Part shown: positions 34,112-41,324 of the stretch, one piece after another
Layout of the letters: every line of letters starts with the position of its first letter
Position numbering within the stretch: the stretch's first letter is position 1
Origin: Parcubacteria group bacterium Gr01-1014_13
Lineage (GTDB): Bacteria; Patescibacteriota; Patescibacteriia; Magasanikbacterales; GWA2-37-8
Length of the DNA: 45,014 nucleotides
NCBI GenBank assembly: GCA_007376295.1
Contig: VMGB01000003.1
Span: 137,106-182,119, forward strand
Direction of reading: 5' to 3'
Program-made: the position numbers and the translations under genes
Notes under the pieces: model-generated
Told to the model about the DNA's origin: nothing
Databases searched by the model: none
Seen by the model: the letters and a program-made list of their open reading frames with translations, nothing else

Positions 34112-34636
34112 TTAAACTCCTGTATGGATATCAATTGTTTTGCCTTCTGGCAAAGTAACAATTGCTTTTTTATAATCATTTCTCTTTCCCATGCTGCGGC
34201 CAAAACGCACTCGGCGTCCTTCAATATTGGCCACGTTAACGTTCGCTGGCTTTACACCATAAACTTCTTCAATCGCTGTCTTGATCTGATTTTTGTTAGC
34301 AGATCGTACAACTACAAAACTGTATTTATTCTTGCTTTCAGCGATAGCGCTCTTTTCAGTAATAAGCGGTTTTACTAAAACTTTGAAAGCAGTTGTATTT
34401 TTACCTAAAAATTTAGTTGCCTGCTCAGCTTTCTTCTCAGATTTCTTTTCAACATGAGCATGACCAGCATGGTCCTCGTGGACTTTCGCGGCTTTAACTT
34501 TCGATTCTTTCTTCTCTACTTTCTTCTCTGCCTTCTTTTCTTTGGCAACCACAACAGGCGCGGATTGCTTTTCGCCAATCTGGCTCAATTGCCCTTTCTT
34601 TTGTTTTCTGTGCAAAAAGTTATTTAGCAATCCCAT
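34112..34636 (-). CDS. rplW: 50S ribosomal protein L23 (uL23) with an N-terminal Lys/Glu-rich extension of about 80 aa
   Basis: The C-terminal 95 aa match L23 (LVKPLITEKS...KYSFVV...NKNQIK.AIE..Y.VKP..VN). Start chosen at the ATG at 34634-34636, just beyond the rplD stop. The track ORF extends to 34660. Confidence 0.88.
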   Translation of the reverse strand: MGLLNNFLHRKQKKGQLSQIGEKQSAPVVVAKEKKAEKKVEKKESKVKAAKVHEDHAGHAHVEKKSEKKAEQATKFLGKNTTAFKVLVKPLITEKSAIAESKNKYSFVVVRSANKNQIKTAIEEVYGVKPANVNVANIEGRRVRFGRSMGKRNDYKKAIVTLPEGKTIDIHTGV

Positions 34637-34637
34637 A

Positions 34638-35267
34638 TTATTTATTAAAAACTTTTTCAACAGTCTCTACACCAGCTCGGCTGATTAAGACAGTTGATTT
34701 TGATAACAAATCCATCACGCTAAGATCTTCAGCTCTGACAGTCTTTACTGCTTTTAAGTTCTTAGTCATGCGCAAAACTGTTTCATTTTTACCAGGTGTA
34801 AGCAACAAAAATGATTTTGCTTTTACTGGCAATACTTTTAAGAAATTCGCAAACAATTTTGTTTTTGGTTCAGCAAAATTAAAATCTTCAACTACTACCA
34901 AAGCGCTATTTCTAGCTCTGTCGCTCAAGCACATCTTAAGCGCTAAACGCTTGGTTTTCTTATTGATTTTTGTTTTGTAATTACGAACAGACAATGGACC
35001 AAAGGTCACGCCGCCGCCCTTCCAAATTGGAGAACGAATAGAACCATGACGAGCTCGGCCTGTGCCTTTTTGTGCCCAAGGCTTCTTGCCACCACCTCTT
35101 ACTTCGCCTTTACTCTTTGTATCAGCCCAAGGTTCTCTTTGGTTGTTGGTTTGAGCAGTAAAAACTCCGTGCACTACTGTTGGGTTGGATTTAACACCAA
35201 AAATACTGTCTGAAAGATTCATTTCACCAGTTTCTTTTCCTTCTAGGTTGTAAACTTTAACTTTCAT
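34638..35267 (-). CDS. rplD: 50S ribosomal protein L4 (uL4)
   Basis: KSKGEVRGGGKKPWAQKGTGRARHGSIRSPIWKGGGVTFGP. Confidence 0.95.
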   Translation of the reverse strand: MKVKVYNLEGKETGEMNLSDSIFGVKSNPTVVHGVFTAQTNNQREPWADTKSKGEVRGGGKKPWAQKGTGRARHGSIRSPIWKGGGVTFGPLSVRNYKTKINKKTKRLALKMCLSDRARNSALVVVEDFNFAEPKTKLFANFLKVLPVKAKSFLLLTPGKNETVLRMTKNLKAVKTVRAEDLSVMDLLSKSTVLISRAGVETVEKVFNK

Positions 35268-35275
35268 ATAAAATA

Positions 35276-35874
35276 TTATACTGCTACAACTAGCTCTGGT
35301 ACTGCCTCTACTTCTGGAGCAGAATTTTCAACAACGTTTGTTTTTAATTTCAATTCTCCCTCACCGCTAATTAACAACAAACCATTTCGGCCACCTGGAA
35401 CTGCGCCTTTAATATAGATTTCATTTACTTCCGGGTGAACTTCAATAATTTCCAAATTCTTTACAGTAATTCTTTCGCCACCCATGCGGCCACCCATTTT
35501 TTGGCCTTTGAAAACTCTTTGTACAAACCTTTACCTTTTGATTCACCTACTACAACAACTTTGTCGCCAGTAGAGAATGTTTCTACAGTAATGGTATCGC
35601 CGCGTTTTACTTGGGCATCAGTTTCAATTTTAAAATCTTTCAAATTTCGAACCTTGTCCAGATCTTTTAAATGGCCGACTTGAGGCTGGGCCAATCGAGT
35701 TTCCTTTGTTTCGTCAAACCCAATCTGAACGGCTTTTAGGCCATTCTTTTTAACATTTTCTCTGACTTCTACAATTTGGCAAGGACCAGCTTGAACTTTC
35801 GTTACTGGCACCACTACCCCGTTAGGTAGAAACACCTGAGTCATGCCTATTTTTTTACCTAAAATAAATTTCAT
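35276..35874 (-). pseudogene. rplC: 50S ribosomal protein L3 (uL3) gene, interrupted by a frameshift plus loss of about 35 conserved codons
   Basis: The N-terminal ORF (35461-35874) reads MKFILGKKIGMTQVF...GESKGKG and then leaves the frame. The C-terminal ORF (35276-35497) is L3-like; its frame is open from about 35529 and reads RFVQRVFKGQKMGGRMGGERITVKNLEIIEV. The frames differ by 1 nt at about 35521-35530. Confidence 0.8.
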
Positions 35875-35971
35875 ATAATACGGTGAAAACTGTAGATTTT
35901 TTTGGTTTAAAAAACTAGAAACAACAACTTGCTTTTTAATTGGCCGCAGTCAACAAATTTTTTCTAACGAA

Positions 35972-36019
35972 ATCTTACTATAATTCTATTTTTTTGTCAA
36001 TACCCGCCTTTGTGGCGGG
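35972..36019 (-). promoter_or_regulatory. hairpin (CCCGCC-acaaa-GGCGGG) directly after the rpsJ stop, followed by internal promoter TTGACA-N17-TAAGAT for rplC and downstream genes
   Basis: Read directly on the minus strand. It leaves a leader of about 95 nt before the rplC ATG. Confidence 0.5.
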
Positions 36020-36024
36020 AGAGA

Positions 36025-36393
36025 TTACATCTTAATCTCAATATCCACACCAGCTGGAACCTGCAAACTCATCAATGCATCCACGGTTTTAGCATTGGAA
36101 TTTACAATATCTATCAAGCGTTTATGGACTCGCATTTCGTATTGTTCGCGGGCATCTTTATGCACAAAAGTAGAGCGATTTACTGTAAACTTAGTCTTTT
36201 CTGTAGGCAAAGGAATAGGTCCAACCACTTGAGCGCCATGTCTTTCGGCAGTCTCAATAATATTTTTAGTGGCTTGGTCTATAATTTTGTTATCATAAGC
36301 ACGAATCTTAATTCTGATTCGGCTAATAACTTCCGCGTCTGGTGTTGCAGTTTTGTGAGTCGCAGTTTTCTTTTGTGCCGGTGTTGCAGTCAT
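36025..36393 (-). CDS. rpsJ: 30S ribosomal protein S10 (uS10) with a short N-terminal extension
   Basis: [40 protein letters not shown]. Start chosen at MTATPAQKK (ATG at 36391-36393). Confidence 0.92.
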   Translation of the reverse strand: MTATPAQKKTATHKTATPDAEVISRIRIKIRAYDNKIIDQATKNIIETAERHGAQVVGPIPLPTEKTKFTVNRSTFVHKDAREQYEMRVHKRLIDIVNSNAKTVDALMSLQVPAGVDIEIKM

Positions 36394-36457
36394 AATGTTT
36401 ATTAAGGAACTATCAGAAGCCCCCTCCAACAAGAATGTCAAAGGGGGCTATCCAATA

Positions 36458-37645
36458 TTATTTTGTTATTGTAGTTACTACACCTGAACCTACGGTTTTA
36501 CCACCCTCGCGGATAGCAAAGTTCATCTTTTCTTCCATAGCAACAGGAGTGATCAATTTGACCTTGAAAGATACGGTGTCGCCAGGCATAACCATTTCAG
36601 TGCCTGGAGCCAATTCCACTTCTCCAGTTACATCAGTAGTTCTGATATAGAACTGTGGTTTGTAGCCTTTGAAAAATGGCTTGTGTCTGCCGCCTTCTTC
36701 TTTAGTTAAGATATAAACCTGAGCATCAAATTCAGTGTGAGGAGTGATGCTACCTGGTTTAGCGATAACCATACCGCGTTCAACTTCTTCTTTCTTGGTA
36801 CCGCGAAGCAATAACCCAACGTTATCACCAGCTTGACCTTCTTTTAATTGCTTGTTAAACATTTCCACACCGGTAATAACAGTCTTGCCGATAGCTTCAG
36901 CCATACCTACAACCGCAGCTTCATCATTGATGTGAATAACGCCTCTCTCTAAACGGCCGGTTACTACTGTACCGCGGCCTTCAATGGAGAATACGTCTTC
37001 GATAGGCATCAAGAACGGCTTATCAATATCGCGAGTAGGTTGAGGAATTGCATCACAAGCAGCCATTAAATCCATAACTGGTTTAGCAGCAGCTTCATCG
37101 GTAGGGTTCTGTAAAGCTTGCAAAGCTGAACCACGGATAATAGTAGTGGTGTCGCCAGGAAAACCATATTTCTTTAATAGATCGCGAACTTCGTCCTCTA
37201 CCAAGTCAATCAATTCTGGATCAGAAACTTGGTCAACTTTATTCAAGAAAACAACGATGTAAGGCACACCAACTTGGCGAGCTAACAAAATGTGTTCTCT
37301 CGTTTGAGGCATCGGACCGTCTGCAGCAGAAACAACTAAAATAGCGCCGTCCATCTGAGCAGCACCGGTAATCATGTTTTTAACATAATCGGCGTGTCCA
37401 GGACAGTCTACGTGAGCGTAGTGTCTAGCTTCAGTTTCGTATTCTACGTGAGCAGTGGAAATGGTAATACCACGAGCTTTTGACTCTGGTGATTTATCCA
37501 AATCATCAACGCCCTTATTTGAAGCGGCACCGCCGCGACTGCGCAAAACTGCTAAAATAGCAGCAGTTAGCGTTGTTTTACCATGGTCAACGTGACCAAT
37601 AGTACCAATGTTCAAGTGTGGCTTGTTTCTAATAAACTCAGCCAT
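36458..37645 (-). CDS. tuf: elongation factor Tu
   Basis: [22 protein letters not shown] and SAL motifs. 395 aa. Confidence 0.98.
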   Translation of the reverse strand: MAEFIRNKPHLNIGTIGHVDHGKTTLTAAILAVLRSRGGAASNKGVDDLDKSPESKARGITISTAHVEYETEARHYAHVDCPGHADYVKNMITGAAQMDGAILVVSAADGPMPQTREHILLARQVGVPYIVVFLNKVDQVSDPELIDLVEDEVRDLLKKYGFPGDTTTIIRGSALQALQNPTDEAAAKPVMDLMAACDAIPQPTRDIDKPFLMPIEDVFSIEGRGTVVTGRLERGVIHINDEAAVVGMAEAIGKTVITGVEMFNKQLKEGQAGDNVGLLLRGTKKEEVERGMVIAKPGSITPHTEFDAQVYILTKEEGGRHKPFFKGYKPQFYIRTTDVTGEVELAPGTEMVMPGDTVSFKVKLITPVAMEEKMNFAIREGGKTVGSGVVTTITK

Positions 37646-37760
37646 AAGAGTTTGCTACTTACACGGCACTACACCGAGTGGTCGGTGATAGATTTTGTTC
37701 CAGCCGTACTGTTTATATTTAAAATTAAAAGGCAAATTTAATAATTTTTACCTCGCTGAG

Positions 37761-37789
37761 ATTATAACAGAAGTCCAAAAAAAATGCAA
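37761..37789 (-). promoter_or_regulatory. tuf operon promoter TTGCAT-N17-TATAAT
   Basis: Read on the minus strand. It leaves a leader of about 110 nt containing a CACCGA-cca-CTCGGTG hairpin. Confidence 0.55.
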
Positions 37790-37840
37790 GCCCCCTACCA
37801 AACTTGACCGGGGAAAACCTGTGGACAGGCTAAAAACCCT

Positions 37841-38272
37841 TTATTCTACCGGTTCTAAATAAAACTTCTCTTCATCCTCTTCGGCCACAATATCACTAGC
37901 CGAATGCTCCTGCTCTACCTGAACATTTGGATATTTATTTACGGTAATTGGAACTGTTTCGACAGACTTCTCTACCATCATCGCTTTTTCAAATTTTGGA
38001 GATTTTTCTACCACTTCATCATATACTTCAACTCGTTCTCTGTCATTTGAAGCTCGCCAAATAGCTACATCACGATTTATTTTTTCCAACAATTCTTCTT
38101 CAGTTAATTTTTCTACGCTACTTTCTCTTGCAGGAGTATGATCTAACATTTTTTCATATGCACCCAAATCCATCAGCATCATGACAGCATCGGATTCATT
38201 ATCCATGATTACAGTTTTTTCTCCAGTTCGTTTTACCAAGTTGATCACTCTGTTTAATTGGGAATTTTGCAT
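37841..38272 (-). CDS. hypothetical protein with a Phd/YefM-like N-terminal segment and an acidic tail (143 aa)
   Basis: Start moved to the ATG at 38270-38272, because the track's TTG start lies inside the upstream terminator hairpin. LVKRTGEKTVIMDNESDAVMMLMDLGAYEKML resembles the Phd/YefM antitoxin fold signature (weak, by eye). Confidence 0.45.
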   Translation of the reverse strand: MQNSQLNRVINLVKRTGEKTVIMDNESDAVMMLMDLGAYEKMLDHTPARESSVEKLTEEELLEKINRDVAIWRASNDRERVEVYDEVVEKSPKFEKAMMVEKSVETVPITVNKYPNVQVEQEHSASDIVAEEDEEKFYLEPVE

Positions 38273-38315
38273 ACAAAAAGATGAATAAGTAATTTCGTAT
38301 ATCTTACCATTGGCT

Positions 38316-38349
38316 AAAAAAAATGCAAGCTCCGTCAAAGACGGAGCTT
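38316..38349 (-). terminator. terminator (AAGCTCCGTC-ttt-GACGGAGCTT plus T8) overlapping the -35 TTGCAT of the next gene
   Basis: Perfect 10-bp stem. GCTTGCATTTTTTTT is reused upstream of tuf (37778-37792). Confidence 0.65.
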
Positions 38350-38371
38350 AAGGCTTAAAAAAGAACGAACT

Positions 38372-38938
38372 TTACGACTGCTTACTGGGTGACCGACGCC
38401 AGCGTTGCCTGGGATCATCAATACGATCCTTGGCATCCACCTTGGTCAAGGAAAACTTGTACAAGAAAAAATCTGATTCTGCTTTAGCGATAAAATACGG
38501 CAGAAGGCGAGGTTGAGATTTCATCGCCATCCATACCCAACGAACCATTTTGAACACATCTTTGATTGGGGCGCCGCTTTCATCATCCCAAAGATCTGTA
38601 AACCGAGCCACTTCTAGCACAAGATCTTCCTGTCCAATTACTACACCAACATCTGCTACCGAGACTGAATCATTGGCATACCATTCAATCTGATGTTCTG
38701 GATGTCGAATCAAATATCGGTGCAGGAGACTTGAAATCCCTTGTGTGGCTGCGTACAGATTATACGCGCCATAAGTATCAGCAAGTTTACGCCCAAGCTC
38801 GAGAGCTTCACCTTCCAAAGAAGGTAGAAGTACCTCCTCCACGGCGAGCCGAATCGGCTCTTCATCTTTTTCTTGCAATTCAAGAATTTCTTCAACAGAA
38901 TACAACTTATCATCATCGTCATCTTTATCGTTTTCCAT
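38372..38938 (-). CDS. hypothetical protein (188 aa) with a poly-Asp N-terminus
   Basis: AAGGAGAA SD and TTGACA-N17-TAATAT promoter. MENDKDDDDDK start. No recognisable domain. Confidence 0.55.
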   Translation of the reverse strand: MENDKDDDDDKLYSVEEILELQEKDEEPIRLAVEEVLLPSLEGEALELGRKLADTYGAYNLYAATQGISSLLHRYLIRHPEHQIEWYANDSVSVADVGVVIGQEDLVLEVARFTDLWDDESGAPIKDVFKMVRWVWMAMKSQPRLLPYFIAKAESDFFLYKFSLTKVDAKDRIDDPRQRWRRSPSKQS

Positions 38939-39056
38939 TTTTTTCTCCTTGAAAAAGTTGACCGTATATTAACTTCTGGGTATTTAATTGTCAATAAAAA
39001 TTTAAACTTGACCGCCTAATATCGGCTGTGTAATAATCACCTCAAGGAGATTCACA

Positions 39057-39392
39057 ATGCTCATTTATAGAATCCTACTAATCGTAAGTGTGATAGCTCT
39101 CGTTGCTTATCTGGGCATCTCTGCGGTAAAAAAAAGACGAAGACCTAAAAAACTCGCCCTTGATAAAGCGCGGACGCTTCTGGAAATTTTGCGGGACGAG
39201 AATGATCTGATACCGCTACAAATACAAAAGGCTCCGCCGGAAACTTACGTCCGAATGATACTAGATTCCTGCGAAGAGGCAGGTATAACCCTTGAAAAAC
39301 TTGGCACGTCAGCAGAAGAACTGGAAAAACTCTGCGAAAAACACAAAGATAAAAAGTTTTTTTACCAAATTGGAAAAGGATTAAAGAAATAG
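39057..39392 (+). CDS. single-pass membrane protein (111 aa)
   Basis: TM helix followed by KKRRRPKK. AAGGAGA SD and TTGACC-N17-TAATAA promoter. Terminator GCCCAGTT-tata-AACTGGGC plus a T-run. Confidence 0.55.
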   Translation: MLIYRILLIVSVIALVAYLGISAVKKRRRPKKLALDKARTLLEILRDENDLIPLQIQKAPPETYVRMILDSCEEAGITLEKLGTSAEELEKLCEKHKDKKFFYQIGKGLKK

Positions 39393-39480
39393 AGAGAACT
39401 TTCAAGCCCAGTTTATATAACTGGGCCTTATTTTTAAAAACAGGGCCTCGCATACGCGATGACCCTAAAATTTATAAACC

Positions 39481-39925
39481 TTAGCCTTGTATCTTCTTCT
39501 CTATCCTACTCAAAGGCTTAAATTGGAGAAGAGTACAACCTTCCTCAGAAGATTTACGAAAAAGCAATTGATCGCCGGGGCCATACATATGAACAATTTC
39601 TGCGTAAAATCTTAAGGCATCAGACAGGACTTCAGCTGGAGAAGCGGCCTTCGTTTTTAGCTGGATAAGCTGAATATGCTCTGCAACCTTCCTGCTTATA
39701 CCAACATTTGCCACATAGGCATCTTCATCATGTTCTATTTCTGTTGGAGAAGGCCCGGGAACAACTCGCTCCTTATTAAAATCATAAGCTTCCTTCTTGG
39801 CACGCTTCTTTTTTCGTCTTTGAACTATCGCATCTACCCCTATATATAAGTAGAGCAAATGTTATGATTCCAGCGAAAATACTTATCCCCCAGAATCCCC
39901 ACAATATTGCTATGCTGCTCATCAT
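39481..39925 (-). pseudogene. single-pass membrane protein gene split by a frameshift at a (TA)4 run
   Basis: GGAGGAA SD plus ATGATG at 39920-39925 opens a 47-codon ORF (MMSSIAILWGFWGISIFAGIITFALLIY...) that stops at 39782. The 125-aa track ORF continues in the +1 frame from the TATATATA run (39841-39848) with VDAIVQRRKKKRAKK. Confidence 0.55.
39841..39848. repeat. (TA)4 dinucleotide run at the frameshift point
   Basis: Adding one TA unit would fuse the two frames into ...FALLIYIGVDAIVQRRKKK.... Confidence 0.6.
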
Positions 39926-39982
39926 TTCCTCCAAAGTTGAAAAGACGATACCATAAGGTATCGTACGTCAATTTGTTTTAAA

Positions 39983-40052
39983 AAGCAAAAAGGCCCCCAA
40001 ATGAGGGCCCTGTATTGCTGAAAGCGAATAATTGCTTACCGCTTACTAACTC
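39983..40052 (-). ncRNA. candidate small RNA of about 70 nt between a strong promoter and a GC hairpin plus T-tract
   Basis: On the minus strand a TTGACA-N17-TATACT promoter is followed by about 50 nt with no ATG, then GGCCC-tcatttgg-GGGCC and TTTTTGCTTTTT. Confidence 0.35.
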
Positions 40053-40058
40053 GAATTA

Positions 40059-40087
40059 AGTATAGCACAATTGATTTTTATTGTCAA
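40059..40087 (-). promoter_or_regulatory. promoter TTGACA-N17-TATACT (minus strand) with no ORF downstream
   Basis: Boxes at 40082-40087 and 40059-40064 with an exact 17-nt spacer. Confidence 0.5.
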
Positions 40088-40261
40088 GTTTTTGTATTGG
40101 CACCATACATCTGACACACTCAGAAATGTACGGATAAATGGCTATTCGAAAATAGCTCTTTTAATTTAAACTGGAATCTCGTAGGCTTGTGAAATATGAT
40201 TAAAGCCTTCCCCTCAAACTAATCCCGCGAGGCGCGCGTCTGCCGCAAGTTCGGCATCGCT

Positions 40262-40549
40262 CGAAGCTGCCACACGCATATTAATTTAAAAAATGATTAT
40301 AATCTCCAAACATTCTTCTGTGATACATACGCCGGTTGGCAAAAAGGTGGGGTGAAAAATCTTAATGGCCTGATTCGACAATAAATTCCAAAAGATACCG
40401 ATATTTCAAAGTTGACCGACCGACAGATTTACTATATATAAGAGAGACTCAATAACCGACCAAGAAAATCTCTTAACTTTTTAACTCCCAACCAAGTTTT
40501 AGCTCGCAAGGTGGGGTATTATAACCTAGAATTCACTTTGAAAAATTAA
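40262..40549 (+). mobile_element. IS30-family transposase C-terminal relic (pseudogene)
   Basis: A single frame reads ...NDYNLQTFFCDTYAGWQKGGVKNLNGLIRQ*IPKDTDISKLTDRQIYYI*ERLNNRPRKSLNFLTPNQVLA. This matches the IS30 C-terminal signature (W-x-[RK]-G-x-N-E-N-x-NGL-[IL]-R-x-[YF]-x-PK ... LN-x-RPRK-x-L-x-[YF]-x-TP). There are two in-frame TAA stops (40382, 40439), the DDE Glu is replaced by Lys, and the N-terminal two thirds are missing. Confidence 0.75.
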
Positions 40550-40550
40550 A

Positions 40551-40579
40551 TTAAAAAGCATCGGACAAGTGTCCGATGC
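40551..40579 (-). terminator. intrinsic terminator of the metalloprotease gene
   Basis: Perfect 9-bp stem GCATCGGAC/GTCCGATGC followed on the minus strand by TTTTTAATTT. Confidence 0.7.
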
Positions 40580-40600
40580 GGAAAAGGTAACGATTTGTCG

Positions 40601-41188
40601 TTAGAGACAACGATTACGGCGGCAAAAGGCTTGGCGATCGTAAGTTGTCACTCGCTTGCTGCCCGGCTGTGAGATCATCACACTATCGGTGCCGTCGTCA
40701 GCATGATGGAGCCATCCGGCATGGCCGAGTTCGTGCGCCACGATGTGTTGTATCATCCAAGTACATGGCCAGCCATCTGGCGTTCCCGTAACATGACAAT
40801 CATTATTCCCGAAAATCACGATATCATCACCTTCATCGAACAATCCGCCGGCATTCTGATCAATATGATGATCTTGCCATAGTTCGCGACCGTACGGAGT
40901 CGGGTAATGATCGTAAACGCGATATATACAGTGCAAACCATCGTCGATATCGGATTCCTCATAGGTATCCTCTTCGAGCAACACGCCACCGAAGTGAAAA
41001 GGCTTGTTACCGGACGACAACGTGATATTAGCGTTCCAGTCGTCGATCGACGCAATAATCTGGTTGATCTGTTTGATCTGCCAGTCACCGCATGCATAGA
41101 CCTCAGCGGTATTGCCATCACGAATCTCTTCATAGCCACTTTCACAGGCCGCAAAGAGTACAAAATAGCAGAGAAACAGCTTCTTCAT
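40601..41188 (-). CDS. metzincin-like zinc metalloprotease, probable lipoprotein (195 aa)
   Basis: Signal peptide with a lipobox-like LFAAC. HELGHAGWLHH (HExxHxxxxxH-type zinc site) followed by an SVM Met-turn candidate. GGGAGGT SD. GC is clearly above the core genes. Confidence 0.7.
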   Translation of the reverse strand: MKKLFLCYFVLFAACESGYEEIRDGNTAEVYACGDWQIKQINQIIASIDDWNANITLSSGNKPFHFGGVLLEEDTYEESDIDDGLHCIYRVYDHYPTPYGRELWQDHHIDQNAGGLFDEGDDIVIFGNNDCHVTGTPDGWPCTWMIQHIVAHELGHAGWLHHADDGTDSVMISQPGSKRVTTYDRQAFCRRNRCL

Positions 41189-41324
41189 TGGGACCTCCCG
41201 GTCTTAAAACTTTTGGTTGAAAATCACTTGGGAAAGAGCATTATTCTCAATAAAACCATGCCTTAAAATACCATAAAATAGGGCTTCTGTCAAGCTTGCC
41301 AAACACTCCCCGTAATCTAAACCG

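Noticed and set aside
35521-35535. Programmed -1 ribosomal frameshifting as the explanation for the split rplC
   Set aside because: The junction GGTAAAGGTTTGTAC contains no X-XXY-YYZ slippery heptamer, and I saw no obvious downstream pseudoknot or hairpin. Frameshifting also would not explain the missing conserved segment of about 35 aa. It is kept only as a remote alternative.
40382-40441. In-frame TAA codons in the IS30-like frame as evidence of stop-codon reassignment
   Set aside because: TAA is used as a genuine stop by many intact genes here (rel, parB, rpsJ). The relic also lacks its N-terminus and has a mutated catalytic Glu, so simple decay explains the stops. No in-frame TGA or TAA occurs in any core gene, consistent with the standard code 11.
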